Assembly: GCA_026389455.1 (NCBI GenBank)
Contig: JAPLHV010000157.1
Coordinates: 10,786 to 74,785, forward strand
Reading direction: 5' to 3'
Length of the DNA: 64,000 nt
From: Coprothermobacterota bacterium
Lineage (GTDB): Bacteria; Caldisericota; JANLFM01
In this document: piece by piece, positions 37,559 through 47,577 of the stretch
Layout: each line of letters starts with the position of its first letter
How positions within the stretch are numbered: the stretch's first letter is position 1
Translations under genes and position numbers: made by a program
The notes under the pieces: model-generated
Database searches by the model: none
What the model saw: only the letters and a program-made list of their open reading frames with translations
What the model was told of the DNA's origin: nothing

Positions 37559-38899
37559 CTACTGAGCCAGACGTTCGACGATTCGCCGGGCTACCAGCAC
37601 CCCTGTGGCAGAGGCTTGCATCAGCCCACGGGTGATGCCAGCCCCATCGCCGATGGCGAAGAGGTTGGTCACCTCGGTCTCCAAGCTGGGCGTCAACTGA
37701 GGTCGGGCGGAATAGAATTTCACCTCGATGCCATACAGCAAGGTATGGCGGGAAGCAATGCCGGGAGTGAGTTGGTCGAGCGCTTGGAGCATCTCCAGGA
37801 TATTCGTCAAATGACGGTAGGGCAGCACGAAGGAGAGATCCCCAGGAGTGGCATCAGCCAAGGAAGGCGTGACGATGCCATGCGCCAGCCGATCATGGGT
37901 GGAGCGGCGACCGCTTTGCAGGTCGCCCAGTCGTTGCACAATAACGCCTCCTCCCAGCAGGTTGGCCAGTTGAGCGATGTATCGGCCGTATGTGATGGGT
38001 TCTTTGAAAGGGGCAGTGAAACGAGTGCTGACCAAAATAGCAAAATTGGAATTTTCGGTCTTGCGATTGGCGTAGCTGTGCCCGTTGACTGTTGTTACCC
38101 CATCTGCCTTTTCTATTGCTACAACACCGTATGGGCACATGCAGAAAGTCCGGACGCGGTCGTCGAAGGAACGGCTGAAGTACTCCAGTTTGGCCTCGAA
38201 GGAGACAGTGGTAAGCGGTTCCAATACAGCGGCGGGAACCTCTACGCGGACACCCACGTCGACCGGGTTGCGGGTCATCGTCAACTGAAGGCGTTGGCAT
38301 TCCTCTACCAACCAGGAAGCCCCCTCTCGACCGGGCGCCATCACCAGGATCCGGCATTGGAATTCCTTGCCGTCGCTGGTTTGCACCCCACGCACGATAC
38401 CCCCCTCCACTAAGATACGGCTGACATGGCAGCCTGTCCGGATCTCCACTTTTGGGGCAAGGTGATCGCGAAATCGTTGCAGGATGGCTGTGCAGTTATC
38501 TGTGCCGAGATGCCGGATTTTGGCCGGAACAAAGCGTAGGCTGGCCATAGCGGCTCGCCGGCGCAACGCTGAGATGGCGTCTTCGTCGGCGCCGAAGATC
38601 TCGGTAGGGGCGCCGAAATCGAGGTAGATCCGATCGACGTATTCGATCAGGCGCGCAGCCTCTTCCGGGCCAACGATATCTTTCAGATACCCACCGATAT
38701 CGGCGGTCAGCGTCAGTTTTCCGTCTGAGAAGGCGCCTGAACCTCCCCAACCGCAGGTCAGGGAGGAGCGTTCGTTCAGCTCCTGGCCTTTTTCCAAAAG
38801 CAAGATTCGCAGGGGAAGGTTCTGTCGGGTTAGTTCAAGGGCTGTGAAAATACCGGCGGGACCGGCTCCCACGATGATCAGATCGTACTTTTCACTCAT
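37559..38899 (-). CDS. FAD-dependent oxidoreductase (GG-rich dinucleotide-binding N-terminus; COG2509-like)
   Basis: LIIVGAGPAGIF Rossmann motif; 446 aa. Confidence 0.6.
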   Translation of the reverse strand: MSEKYDLIIVGAGPAGIFTALELTRQNLPLRILLLEKGQELNERSSLTCGWGGSGAFSDGKLTLTADIGGYLKDIVGPEEAARLIEYVDRIYLDFGAPTEIFGADEDAISALRRRAAMASLRFVPAKIRHLGTDNCTAILQRFRDHLAPKVEIRTGCHVSRILVEGGIVRGVQTSDGKEFQCRILVMAPGREGASWLVEECQRLQLTMTRNPVDVGVRVEVPAAVLEPLTTVSFEAKLEYFSRSFDDRVRTFCMCPYGVVAIEKADGVTTVNGHSYANRKTENSNFAILVSTRFTAPFKEPITYGRYIAQLANLLGGGVIVQRLGDLQSGRRSTHDRLAHGIVTPSLADATPGDLSFVLPYRHLTNILEMLQALDQLTPGIASRHTLLYGIEVKFYSARPQLTPSLETEVTNLFAIGDGAGITRGLMQASATGVLVARRIVERLAQ

Positions 38900-38926
38900 A
38901 ATCCCTCACCGTGTCGAGTTATTTAA

Positions 38927-39004
<78 letters not shown>

Positions 39005-39056
39005 ACCGCCAAGGAATCCTAGCATGTTTTCGTGCTGTGATCAAGGAAGATTGCTC

Positions 39057-40415
39057 TTAGTCTTTCCCCTTGGTTCGCGAAATACGAGAGCGGAACTGCA
39101 AGCGGATCGGCGTTCCCACCAAACCTAACTTCTGGCGCAACTCGTTGTGCAAGTGGCGCTCGTATGAGAAATGAAGGTTTTCCCGCTTGTTGACGAAACA
39201 GAGGAAGGTGGGCGGCGCGGTTCCCTTCTGCGTCGCATAGAAGATCTTAAAGGCCTTGCCCGGAGCCTGAGCCGGCGGGTTTGCCTCCTGGATCTCCGCA
39301 AGGATGCGGTTCAATGCGCCGGTGGTAACCTGGGTATGGTAAGAGTTAAGGATCGTGGAGACGAGCGGGGGGACACCCTTCAGGTTCCAACCAGTCACGG
39401 CCGAAACAGGGAGGGCTTCGGCGAAGGAGAGGAAATCCAATTCGCGCCGCAAGAAGGGAAGGAAGCGCTGCCATTTTTCTCCTTGAAGGTCGGTCAAATC
39501 AGCTTTATTCACCAAGACCAGGCAAGCCTTGTTTGCTTCTTGGATCAACCCGGCGATCTTGCGGTCTTGAGCCAGGATTCCCTCGCTGGCATCCAATACG
39601 AGAAAAGCCAAATCTGCCCGTTCCAATGCTTTGGTAGCTCGCAAAATACTGTAATACTCTATATCCTCCCCTACTCGGCTTTTCCGTCGGATGCCGGCAG
39701 TGTCTACCAACAGGGCATCGCCGAACGAGGAGTGCCAGATGATATCCACAACATCGCGCGTGGTTCCCGGTAGGGCGCTGACGATGGACCGTTCCTCGCC
39801 CAGCAAGGCGTTCAGCAGAGAGGACTTCCCGACGTTCGGGCGGCCGACGATGGCAATGCGACCCACCAGCGGTTTCTCCTCAACTGGCTCTTCGAGGGAG
39901 CTCTCCAGAGGCGGCAAGTCCTCTACGATTGCGTCCAGCAAATCGCCTACGTTTAAGCTGTTCAAACCGGAAACAGGAATCGGGTTAGGCCATCCCAAGG
40001 AAAAGAAGTCAAGGCTTCTAGGCAACTGTGAGGCGTGGTCGATTTTATTGACGGCCAACAGTGCCGGTTTACCGCTTCGCCGTATCAGGCGGGAGACATC
40101 CTCGTCCAACGATTGTGGTCCTGCTTGACCGTCCACCAGGAAGAGGATTAGGTCGGCCTGCTCAATCCAATCCTTCACGTTTTTTTGAACTCGCTGCTGC
40201 AGCTCGGAATCTTCCAGGAAGTCTAATCCACCGCTGTCCACCAGGGTGAAGGTTCGGCCCTGCCATTCGACCTCTGACATCAGCAGGTCGCGAGTGACCC
40301 CCGGTTGCTGGTGTACGATCGCCTTCCGTTGTTCACAGAGGCGGTTGAAAAGAGCCGATTTGCCCACATTGGGTCGGCCTAGAATAAGAACCTTGGGAGT
40401 TATGGAAGGGGGCAT
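39057..40415 (-). CDS. der: Ribosome-associated GTPase Der (EngA), tandem GTPase domains plus KH-like domain
   Basis: Two G1 motifs, GRPNVGKSALFN and GRPNVGKSSLLN. Confidence 0.9.
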   Translation of the reverse strand: MPPSITPKVLILGRPNVGKSALFNRLCEQRKAIVHQQPGVTRDLLMSEVEWQGRTFTLVDSGGLDFLEDSELQQRVQKNVKDWIEQADLILFLVDGQAGPQSLDEDVSRLIRRSGKPALLAVNKIDHASQLPRSLDFFSLGWPNPIPVSGLNSLNVGDLLDAIVEDLPPLESSLEEPVEEKPLVGRIAIVGRPNVGKSSLLNALLGEERSIVSALPGTTRDVVDIIWHSSFGDALLVDTAGIRRKSRVGEDIEYYSILRATKALERADLAFLVLDASEGILAQDRKIAGLIQEANKACLVLVNKADLTDLQGEKWQRFLPFLRRELDFLSFAEALPVSAVTGWNLKGVPPLVSTILNSYHTQVTTGALNRILAEIQEANPPAQAPGKAFKIFYATQKGTAPPTFLCFVNKRENLHFSYERHLHNELRQKLGLVGTPIRLQFRSRISRTKGKD

Positions 40416-41086
40416 GGGGTGAGTTGAGGTGAACCCAGACGCTCTTCCACCAAAGCGAAGATCTGGGATAGAGTCTCATCTAGCGAGAGTTGGCTGGTAT
40501 CGACAATCAGGGCGTCCAAGGCCGGTTCGAGCGGAGCTACGGATCGAGTGGAATCAATCCGGTCTCGCAGACGAAGGTTTTCCTGAACCTCTTCCTCCCC
40601 AGCGCGCAAGCCCAAACCACGGCGCTGGTGTACGCGCCGGCGATTGCGAACCTTTAGATCGGCCACCAGGAAGAGCTTCAGGGGAGAAGTAGGGAAGACG
40701 ACCGTGCCGATGTCTCTTCCCTCTACTACTGCGCGTCTCCCTTCGACCAGTTGGCGCAAGGCCTCGTTGACCTTTTCCCGTATAGCCGGTATCGCCGCCA
40801 CGAAGGAAACCTGGCTCTCCACCAGAGGAGATCGCAATTCGCGAGTCAGAATATGACCCTTGCGGCGGTGTTTGCCCAGCCGGAACTCGAAGCGGATCGC
40901 AGGCAAGGCAGCCAACACTGCGGATTCCTCCATCGGAACGCGCAGCTCTAAAAAGCGATAAGTGAGGAAACGATAAAAAGATCCGGAGTCGATGTACTCC
41001 AGTTCATAACGAGCGGCAACGGCACGGGCAATGGTGCTCTTTCCCGAGGCAGCGCCGCCATCGATGGCAATGACCAGAGAACTCAC
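40400..41086 (-). CDS. cmk: Cytidylate kinase
   Basis: IAIDGGAASGKST P-loop; 228 aa; overlaps the der start. Confidence 0.85.
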   Translation of the reverse strand: MSSLVIAIDGGAASGKSTIARAVAARYELEYIDSGSFYRFLTYRFLELRVPMEESAVLAALPAIRFEFRLGKHRRKGHILTRELRSPLVESQVSFVAAIPAIREKVNEALRQLVEGRRAVVEGRDIGTVVFPTSPLKLFLVADLKVRNRRRVHQRRGLGLRAGEEEVQENLRLRDRIDSTRSVAPLEPALDALIVDTSQLSLDETLSQIFALVEERLGSPQLTPCPLP

Positions 41087-41388
41087 CTGGATTGCAGCAA
41101 TTCCTTTACACGGGTAGAAAACTCCTGCTCGGTGGAGACGGCGGCCAGATCAATGTCCTCCCCGATGAACCCTTCGATCAGCCCACGGATTAACTCCCCC
41201 CTCCAGAGCTGTTTGCCGCCTCGAGCCTTGCACTCGCGAGCGATCTTGTCGATCCAACGCAGTTGATGTTGCGGCAAGAAAAGGATTACTTTCTCCAGAG
41301 TCTCAATCGGTTGTTTGGCTGACGCGCTCTCCGGGGAGGATCCTTTGACTCGTCGTCCTTCTTTCATCAGATCGCTAAACCTTGGCAT
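41083..41388 (-). CDS. Hypothetical protein (101 aa), co-oriented and overlapping with the ExeA-like ATPase gene
   Basis: ORF only. Confidence 0.4.
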   Translation of the reverse strand: MPRFSDLMKEGRRVKGSSPESASAKQPIETLEKVILFLPQHQLRWIDKIARECKARGGKQLWRGELIRGLIEGFIGEDIDLAAVSTEQEFSTRVKELLQSR

Positions 41389-42187
41389 TATCTAGGACAC
41401 CTCCCAAGTCTTTCACTACATCTTGAACGATCGGTACATCAAGCTTCTTTGTTCGCCGGATGTAACCTTCCAACAAGCACATATCGCAGATCATGTTGAT
41501 CAAGCGAGGAACCCCGGTAGAGTAATGATAGATCTCGGCGATGGCTTCCGGTGTGAAGGGGAAAAGGGGGGCGCCGGCTGTACGCAAACGATGGGCGATG
41601 TACTCGGTCGTTTCCTTCTCGCCCAGCGAGGCCAGACGGGCACGAATCACGACCCGTTGATTTAACTGGGGAATCTTGCGGAGGCGGCCTTCCAGCTCCG
41701 GTTGGCCGACCAATAAAACAGTGTAAAGTTTGTCCTTGTTGGTCTCCCAGTTGGTGAGCAGGCGGATCTCCTCCAGACAATCCCTGGATAGAAGTTGTGC
41801 TTCGTCCAGGATCACAACCAAAGAAACGCCGGCCTCCAATTGTTCGAGGGCATGTTTACGTAAAACAGCGATGATATCGCGTTTGTAATGAGGCACTTGC
41901 TCGAAACCAAACTCGTAACAGATCTCCCGAAGCATCTGAACTGGCGTAACCTTGGGGTTCAGCAACACCGCAGCGCGGGCATTGCGCAACTTTCCGATGA
42001 CCACGCGGGTGAGGGTCGTTTTCCCCATCCCCACTGCGCCGATCAACATGGCCAGCCCTTTCCGGGAATGGATGGCGTAGCGAATGCGGGCTTCAGCCTC
42101 CTCGTGTTGCTGGCTGGGGTAAAGGAATGCCGGGTCCGGGGTGGTCCCGAACGGTTGCTCGCGTAAACCCCAGAAGCTCTCGTACAA
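41375..42187 (-). CDS. AAA-family ATPase, ExeA/GspA-like
   Basis: Walker A GAVGMGKTTL and Walker B VILDEAQ. Confidence 0.65.
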   Translation of the reverse strand: MYESFWGLREQPFGTTPDPAFLYPSQQHEEAEARIRYAIHSRKGLAMLIGAVGMGKTTLTRVVIGKLRNARAAVLLNPKVTPVQMLREICYEFGFEQVPHYKRDIIAVLRKHALEQLEAGVSLVVILDEAQLLSRDCLEEIRLLTNWETNKDKLYTVLLVGQPELEGRLRKIPQLNQRVVIRARLASLGEKETTEYIAHRLRTAGAPLFPFTPEAIAEIYHYSTGVPRLINMICDMCLLEGYIRRTKKLDVPIVQDVVKDLGGVLDNAKV

Positions 42188-42190
42188 GAC

Positions 42191-42583
42191 CTAGCCCTCT
42201 TCTCGCAGAGCGATAGCCTCGATCTCTACGCGGACGCCCTTGGGCAAAGCCAAGACGGCGACGGTAGATCGTGCCGGGAAAGGCGGGGAGAAATAGCGCG
42301 CGTAGATCTCGTTGACGGCTGGAAAATCGGCCATGTCCGTCAGAAAAATGGTCGTCTTTACAACTGCTTTCAAGTCAAGGCCGGCCTGCTCCAATAATCC
42401 CTTGAGGTTTTTCAACGACTGTTCTACCTGAGCCTGGATATCCCCCTCTACCAGGGCGCCGTCCGGGAGCAGGGGGATTTGGCCGGAAAGGAAGATAAAG
42501 CCACCTGCCTCCACACCAGGCGAATAAGGACCGACCGGGGGTGCGGTGCAATCGGATGCGAAACTGCAGCGTTTGCCCATCAT
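42191..42583 (-). CDS. ridA: RidA/YjgF-family reactive-intermediate deaminase
   Basis: 130 aa with the YjgF signature region. Confidence 0.75.
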   Translation of the reverse strand: MMGKRCSFASDCTAPPVGPYSPGVEAGGFIFLSGQIPLLPDGALVEGDIQAQVEQSLKNLKGLLEQAGLDLKAVVKTTIFLTDMADFPAVNEIYARYFSPPFPARSTVAVLALPKGVRVEIEAIALREEG

Positions 42584-43884
42584 GCCTCCTTCAAGAGTTC
42601 TCCTACTACATCATAAACTAATCCTCGGATAATGCGAACGGTCAGGTAGGCGCCCGGTTCGGCATTTGTTTGTGCCCTGGGACCGCCGCACCCCAGTGCG
42701 GCATCGTCTTGTGCTTGTATCCTTACCCAGGCATCGATCTCCGGAGCGTCGCGCGTCGACCGGCAGAGCAACGTTCCCGGTTCTTCCGGGTCAGGATGAT
42801 CCGCCAGAACGCGTATCTGCGATCCTACGAGATGTTGGTTCTGCTCTGAATAGATTCGCTCCTGCAGTTTCCAAAGAGCATCGTAACGGCGCTCTACTTC
42901 ATCGGAGGGGAGCTGTCCGGGCAGGTGGGCAGCCTCGGCGCCTCCCTCTGCGTAGAAGGGAAAGAGAGCGAGACGATCGAAACGAAGCTCCTCGACAAAA
43001 TCGTACAGCTCTTGAAATTCACTGTCTGTTTCCGAGGGGAAGCCGGCGATCAGCGACGTTCGCAAGGCAGCTTCCGGCCATTCTGTTCGGGCGACATCCA
43101 GAACGCGCCGCACTTCAGCCTCCCCGCCCGGCCGTTTCATGAGACCGAGGATACGATCATCGATGTGTTGTACCGGGATATCCAGGTAGGGAACCACTGC
43201 CGGTATCTCGCGCAGTCGTCGCAGAAAATCGCGGTCCACTCGTTGCGGGAAGAGATAGAGGAGACGGACCCAGGGGAAGCCGAGATCGGCGATCTCCGCC
43301 ACCAAGTCAAGGTAGCGTGGCGACCCGTAAAGATCGATCCCCCAGAGGGTGGCGTCTTGAGCCACCAGCACGATCTCTTGAATTCCGGCTTGGCGTAGCC
43401 CCCGCGCCTCTTCCAGCAGATACTCGCGCGGAAGCGAACGAAATGGCCCGCGCAGCGAGGGAATCAGGCAAAAGGAACAGTTGCGGCTGCAGCCTTCAGC
43501 GATTTTCAGATAAGCGTACGGAAAAGTAGTCACCAGTCGCGGCGCCTGGCGTGCCTCTAATCGGGCAACCTCGCTGAGATCTTGAAAGGAATGCACCTCC
43601 GGAAAAGCTTCAGCCAAGCCGGTGCGATCTCGCTGCACCAGACAACCTGTCACCACTACCTGCCGATGGCGGCCGCTGGGGTGATTCTCTACAGCATCCT
43701 CGATAGCAGCCCAGCTTTCCTGGGTGGCTGGTTCGATGAAAGTACAGGTGTTGACGATTAACAAATCCGCTTCTTCGGGTTGACCTACCACCCAGCCGCG
43801 CTGGGCATAGTCGGCAAGGATCCGCTCACCGTCCACGCGGTTCTTTGGACAGCCTAGGTTGATCAGACCAACGATGCCCCTCAA
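42580..43884 (-). CDS. rimO: Radical-SAM methylthiotransferase, RimO/MiaB family
   Basis: UPF0004 N-domain (INLGCPKN), radical-SAM core CSRNCSFC and a TRAM-like C-terminus; the C-terminal region contains the dispersed motif (see findings). Confidence 0.8.
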   Translation of the reverse strand: MRGIVGLINLGCPKNRVDGERILADYAQRGWVVGQPEEADLLIVNTCTFIEPATQESWAAIEDAVENHPSGRHRQVVVTGCLVQRDRTGLAEAFPEVHSFQDLSEVARLEARQAPRLVTTFPYAYLKIAEGCSRNCSFCLIPSLRGPFRSLPREYLLEEARGLRQAGIQEIVLVAQDATLWGIDLYGSPRYLDLVAEIADLGFPWVRLLYLFPQRVDRDFLRRLREIPAVVPYLDIPVQHIDDRILGLMKRPGGEAEVRRVLDVARTEWPEAALRTSLIAGFPSETDSEFQELYDFVEELRFDRLALFPFYAEGGAEAAHLPGQLPSDEVERRYDALWKLQERIYSEQNQHLVGSQIRVLADHPDPEEPGTLLCRSTRDAPEIDAWVRIQAQDDAALGCGGPRAQTNAEPGAYLTVRIIRGLVYDVVGELLKEA

Positions 43885-44630
43885 GGAGCGGGGTACTGGA
43901 AAATGCTGGGCAACGGCGCAGCCACTGGGTTGCCATCGACGCTCAATTCAAATTTAACAGGGTCATCGAAGGTGATGGTGAAAGTCCATTGGCGAAAGGT
44001 GTAGGTTGTGCCGGCTTCCATGGTCTGCTCGAAAATGACGCGATCCGCGCTCTGAACCAAAATATGACCGCTTTCCAGCGCCGTCACCCGCACCTCAACC
44101 TCGTTCCCGGTGGGAAGTGGGCTGCCTGTCGGTAAGTTGGCAGTAGGGCTGGTTGTTGCGGGGGGCGTAATAGACAGCGAAGCGGTGGAAGTGGGAGTGA
44201 CGGTCGGGGTGTTGGTTGGAGGCGGAGCGGTGGAGGGAAGCAAGATGTTGGCGATGATCAAACCGCCTACCACCAATACAAGAATGATAGCGATGATCAC
44301 CAGGGCGCGCGTCCAGGGATTGCTGCGGCGGGTAAATGCTTCCACCGAGGGAGTCGGTATGCGCTCAGGGGATTTTTCTATTTGATACAAAGGGATTGCT
44401 TGACGGTTGAACGCTTCGACGAGAGGCTCAGGATCAAGGCCCAAGAACTCGCCATATTTGCGCACGTAGGCTCGCGCGTAGACGAGCCCTGGCATCACCA
44501 GGAAGTTATTCTCCTCGATGGCTTGCAAGTAACGCAAGGAGATACGCGTAACTTGCTCTACCTCTTCCAGTATGATGCCACGGGAGAGCCGCAGTTCCTT
44601 GAGAGCTGTTCCGATGTCCATCTCGGCCAT
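43881..44630 (-). CDS. rodZ: HTH (XRE-type) membrane protein, RodZ-like
   Basis: N-terminal HTH, a single TM segment, a Pro/Thr-rich linker and a C-terminal DUF4115-like domain. Confidence 0.6.
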   Translation of the reverse strand: MAEMDIGTALKELRLSRGIILEEVEQVTRISLRYLQAIEENNFLVMPGLVYARAYVRKYGEFLGLDPEPLVEAFNRQAIPLYQIEKSPERIPTPSVEAFTRRSNPWTRALVIIAIILVLVVGGLIIANILLPSTAPPPTNTPTVTPTSTASLSITPPATTSPTANLPTGSPLPTGNEVEVRVTALESGHILVQSADRVIFEQTMEAGTTYTFRQWTFTITFDDPVKFELSVDGNPVAAPLPSIFQYPAP

Positions 44631-44725
44631 TATGCTCTATCTTAGAGAAGGTCTTCCAACCTTGTCAAAAAAGAAGGATTTTGGTTGACATCCACCAGCT
44701 TTCTTCCCTAGAATTTCCTCCAGCT

Positions 44726-44816
44726 CCCCGCCGGTGGCGTGGTAATATCACCCCGCCGGTGGCGTGGTAATATCACCCTGCCGGGGGCGTGGTAATATCA
44801 CCCTGCCGGGGGCTAT
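44726..44816 (+). repeat. Three tandem 25-bp repeats (CCCYGCCGG-GGCGTGGTAATATCA) ending in the 18-mer
   Basis: Direct reading of the sequence; each unit carries TGGTAATAT, resembling an extended -10 element. Confidence 0.85.
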
Positions 44817-44900
44817 TTGCTCTCCCCTACTCCGGCTTGGCGTCCTCGTGCAACTTAGTCGGGTTCGAACAGAGGGGATCCTTAGCAAGGAGGCTTTTTG

Positions 44901-45521
44901 GTGGATGGACTCTCATTATTCTGGCGGGGCCTCGCACTGGGCTTCAGCATCGCGGCGCCGGTGGGTCCGATCGGTTTGCTTTGCATCCAACGTACGCTGA
45001 ACGGCGGGATGATTCAAGGTTTTGTCTCAGGTTTAGGCGCAGCCAGTGCGGATGCCATCTACGGGACTATTGCCGCGCTAGGTCTTGCCTCATTGGCTTC
45101 CTTCCTTGCGTCCATCTCTTTCTGGGTCCAGCTCGTCGGTTCGCTTTTTCTCCTCGCCTTGGGGGTGCGCATCTTCCTATTGCGATCCGCAACGCTCACG
45201 ACTGGAAGTTCAGGTTCGGGATTGTTGGCTTCCTACGGCAGCGCTTTCCTGCTGACCCTGGCCAACCCAATGACCATCCTCTCTTTTCTGGCTGTCTTCG
45301 CCGGGATCGGTTTGGCCAGTGCCAGTTCAGGCTACAGCGGGGCCGGATGGACGGTGGCCGGCGTATTCCTTGGGTCAGCTTGCTGGTGGTTGTTCCTCAG
45401 CGCTGTGACCGGCTTGCTCCGGAAACGCGTGACAGTGAAAGCCTTGCTCTGGGTGAATCGTTTTGCCGGCTGCCTGCTCGTCGGCTTCGCCATCTGCTTG
45501 CTCGTAAGTCTGTGGAGATAA
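44901..45521 (+). CDS. LysE/RhtB-family amino-acid exporter
   Basis: About 206 aa with 6 TM segments and the characteristic LysE N-terminus GLALGFSIAAPVGPIG; GTG 44901 lies 7 nt after CAAGGAGG. Confidence 0.75.
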   Translation: MDGLSLFWRGLALGFSIAAPVGPIGLLCIQRTLNGGMIQGFVSGLGAASADAIYGTIAALGLASLASFLASISFWVQLVGSLFLLALGVRIFLLRSATLTTGSSGSGLLASYGSAFLLTLANPMTILSFLAVFAGIGLASASSGYSGAGWTVAGVFLGSACWWLFLSAVTGLLRKRVTVKALLWVNRFAGCLLVGFAICLLVSLWR

Positions 45522-45751
45522 GATCGAAAACCGTAGACTCATCATCCGATCGTGAAGGTTTTCCTTCGACTTGGTTTGGGAAAGCCTCTTTCCCGTGCCA
45601 TCAACCCTCCTGTGATCCCACAGGGGCCGCCTTCATGAGTCGGTTGGAGTATCCGGCATTATCCTATCGTTTTATATTGCCGATCACAGCAAGGGCTTCT
45701 CGCACTAATTAAGGAAACCATTCAGACGGGCATCATGCTATCCTGTCTGTC

Positions 45752-46750
45752 ATGGATCGTTTGAACGAGATGGATCGACTGATGGGAACGCTCACGGTTG
45801 AAGAGATTCACCAAGCTGCGGAGCGCATTCGTCCCTTTGCTCACCGCACCCCGGTTTTTACCTGCAAGAGTCTTAACGAGCGCACCCAAGCAGATATTTA
45901 TCTCAAAGCTGAAAACCTGCAAAAGGTCGGCGCCTTCAAGTTTCGCGGCGCCTGCAATGCGGTCCTTTCCCTCTTGCCGGAGGAAGCTGAGTGCGGCGTA
46001 GCCACTCACTCTTCGGGGAATCATGCCCAGGCTCTGGCTCTTGCCGCCCGCTTGCGTGGAATCCCCGCCTACATCGTCATGCCCCGCACCGCTCCTCAAG
46101 TAAAGGTGGCTGGAGTGGCCGGGTATGGCGGGCAGATCACTTTCTGCGAGCCGACCTTGGAAGCGCGCGAGACAACACTTGAGGATGTGGTGCAACGAAC
46201 CGGCGCCACCATCGTCCACCCGTACAACGATCTTCGGGTGATCGCTGGTCAGGGAACAGCGGCGTTAGAACTGATGGAGCAAGTGCCTGACCTGGACGTG
46301 GTGATGACCCCAGTGGGCGGTGGCGGGTTGCTCAGTGGGACAGCCATCGCTGTCTCCGCCCTCTCGCCTCGAACCCGCATCATCGCTGCCGAGCCGGAGG
46401 GAGCCGATGATGCCTATCGTTCCCTGCTGGCTGGCCGGATCCTCCCTTCGGTGTACCCCCAGACGATCGCTGATGGCTTGTTGACTTCCCTGGGGACACT
46501 GACCTTTCCAATCATCCAAGAGTTGGTAGAACAGATTGTCACCGTTAGCGAGGATGCCATCCTGTCGGCCATGCGTTTCACCTGGGAGCGAACCAAGCTG
46601 ATCATCGAACCTTCCGCAGCCGTTCCGCTGGCCGTCTTCTGGGAAGCCAAGGTCGACCTGATAGGGCTTCGCATCGGAGTGATCCTCTCCGGGGGAAACG
46701 TCAGTTTGGATCAGCTACCCTGGCAGATTGACCGGCCGACCCTTTCTTGA
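45752..46750 (+). CDS. PLP-dependent threonine/serine dehydratase (serine-racemase-like fold-type II)
   Basis: PLP-lysine motif SLNERTQADIYLKAENLQKVGAFKFRG; glycine-rich loop GGGGL. Confidence 0.8.
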   Translation: MDRLNEMDRLMGTLTVEEIHQAAERIRPFAHRTPVFTCKSLNERTQADIYLKAENLQKVGAFKFRGACNAVLSLLPEEAECGVATHSSGNHAQALALAARLRGIPAYIVMPRTAPQVKVAGVAGYGGQITFCEPTLEARETTLEDVVQRTGATIVHPYNDLRVIAGQGTAALELMEQVPDLDVVMTPVGGGGLLSGTAIAVSALSPRTRIIAAEPEGADDAYRSLLAGRILPSVYPQTIADGLLTSLGTLTFPIIQELVEQIVTVSEDAILSAMRFTWERTKLIIEPSAAVPLAVFWEAKVDLIGLRIGVILSGGNVSLDQLPWQIDRPTLS

Positions 46751-46756
46751 TCTCGT

Positions 46757-47437
46757 TCATTCGATGAGGCCTCGATTCTGTAGGCGCTGGTGTTCCCAAT
46801 CAGCGAAATCCTGAGGAGGCGCGATTTTCTCGTTTTCCGGTTTCAACTGAAGTATCAGGGCGTGCTGTGGGCACCCGCTCACACACAAACCGCAGCCGAT
46901 GCAACGTGCTCGATCCACGCTTGTCCGGCCGCCCTCGAAAGAGATGGCCTGCACTTGACAACGCCCAAGGCAGATCCCGCAATTGGCACATAGATCGGGA
47001 TCAAGAACGGCGAAATAGTTGGCCTGCGCGACGGAGTTCTCGATCCCAAATTGGGTGATCCCACGCAAAATACCGCAACAACAGCCGCAGCAGTTGCAGA
47101 CATAGCCGACTCCCTGCGCTACATTGCTGACCGTGTGGACCAAGCCCATCTCCTCGAAGCGTTCCAAAACAGCGATTGCCTCTTCCTTGGACAGATCGTG
47201 CGGCCCAGGGTCGCGCGGTTTCGAAGAGAAGCTCAAGCAGGACCGCACCGGGAACTCGCAATGCCGGTGACCGGCAAGATCCTGCTGTACGCGGCAGATA
47301 CAATCGGAGAGAACGAAGGTCTTCGCTGAGATCAGGATCTTCTGGACCTCGTCGTAAGGAAGGATCCATTCCGACTTGACAGATTGCTGGGCGGGGATCA
47401 CGCGGTGGAAGGCCGGCTGAGGCGTCATCAAGCCCAT
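46757..47437 (-). CDS. Cys-rich Fe-S protein with two 4Fe-4S ferredoxin motifs
   Basis: CxxCxxCxxxC motifs CANCGICLGRC and CIGCGLCVSGC plus a CNCCGCCCG cluster; GGAGGAG RBS. Confidence 0.6.
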   Translation of the reverse strand: MGLMTPQPAFHRVIPAQQSVKSEWILPYDEVQKILISAKTFVLSDCICRVQQDLAGHRHCEFPVRSCLSFSSKPRDPGPHDLSKEEAIAVLERFEEMGLVHTVSNVAQGVGYVCNCCGCCCGILRGITQFGIENSVAQANYFAVLDPDLCANCGICLGRCQVQAISFEGGRTSVDRARCIGCGLCVSGCPQHALILQLKPENEKIAPPQDFADWEHQRLQNRGLIE

Positions 47438-47577
47438 TGCTCCTCCCTCTGCCAGATAATGGTCGAAGAGGTGAGGGTTGAGTGACCTAGTGGTTTAGTG
47501 GTTGAGTGATCTAGTAAATAATAAATCTTGATCTTACTCAACTACTTAATTACTCAACTACTGAACTACTGAATTAC
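47438..47577 (+). repeat. AT-rich 140-bp element with two GTTGAGTGA direct repeats on the left and two inverted TACTCAAC on the right
   Basis: Local GC content is visibly far below the flanks. The inverted-repeat structure was read directly. The element supplies the stop codon of the 70-aa upstream ORF. Confidence 0.6.
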
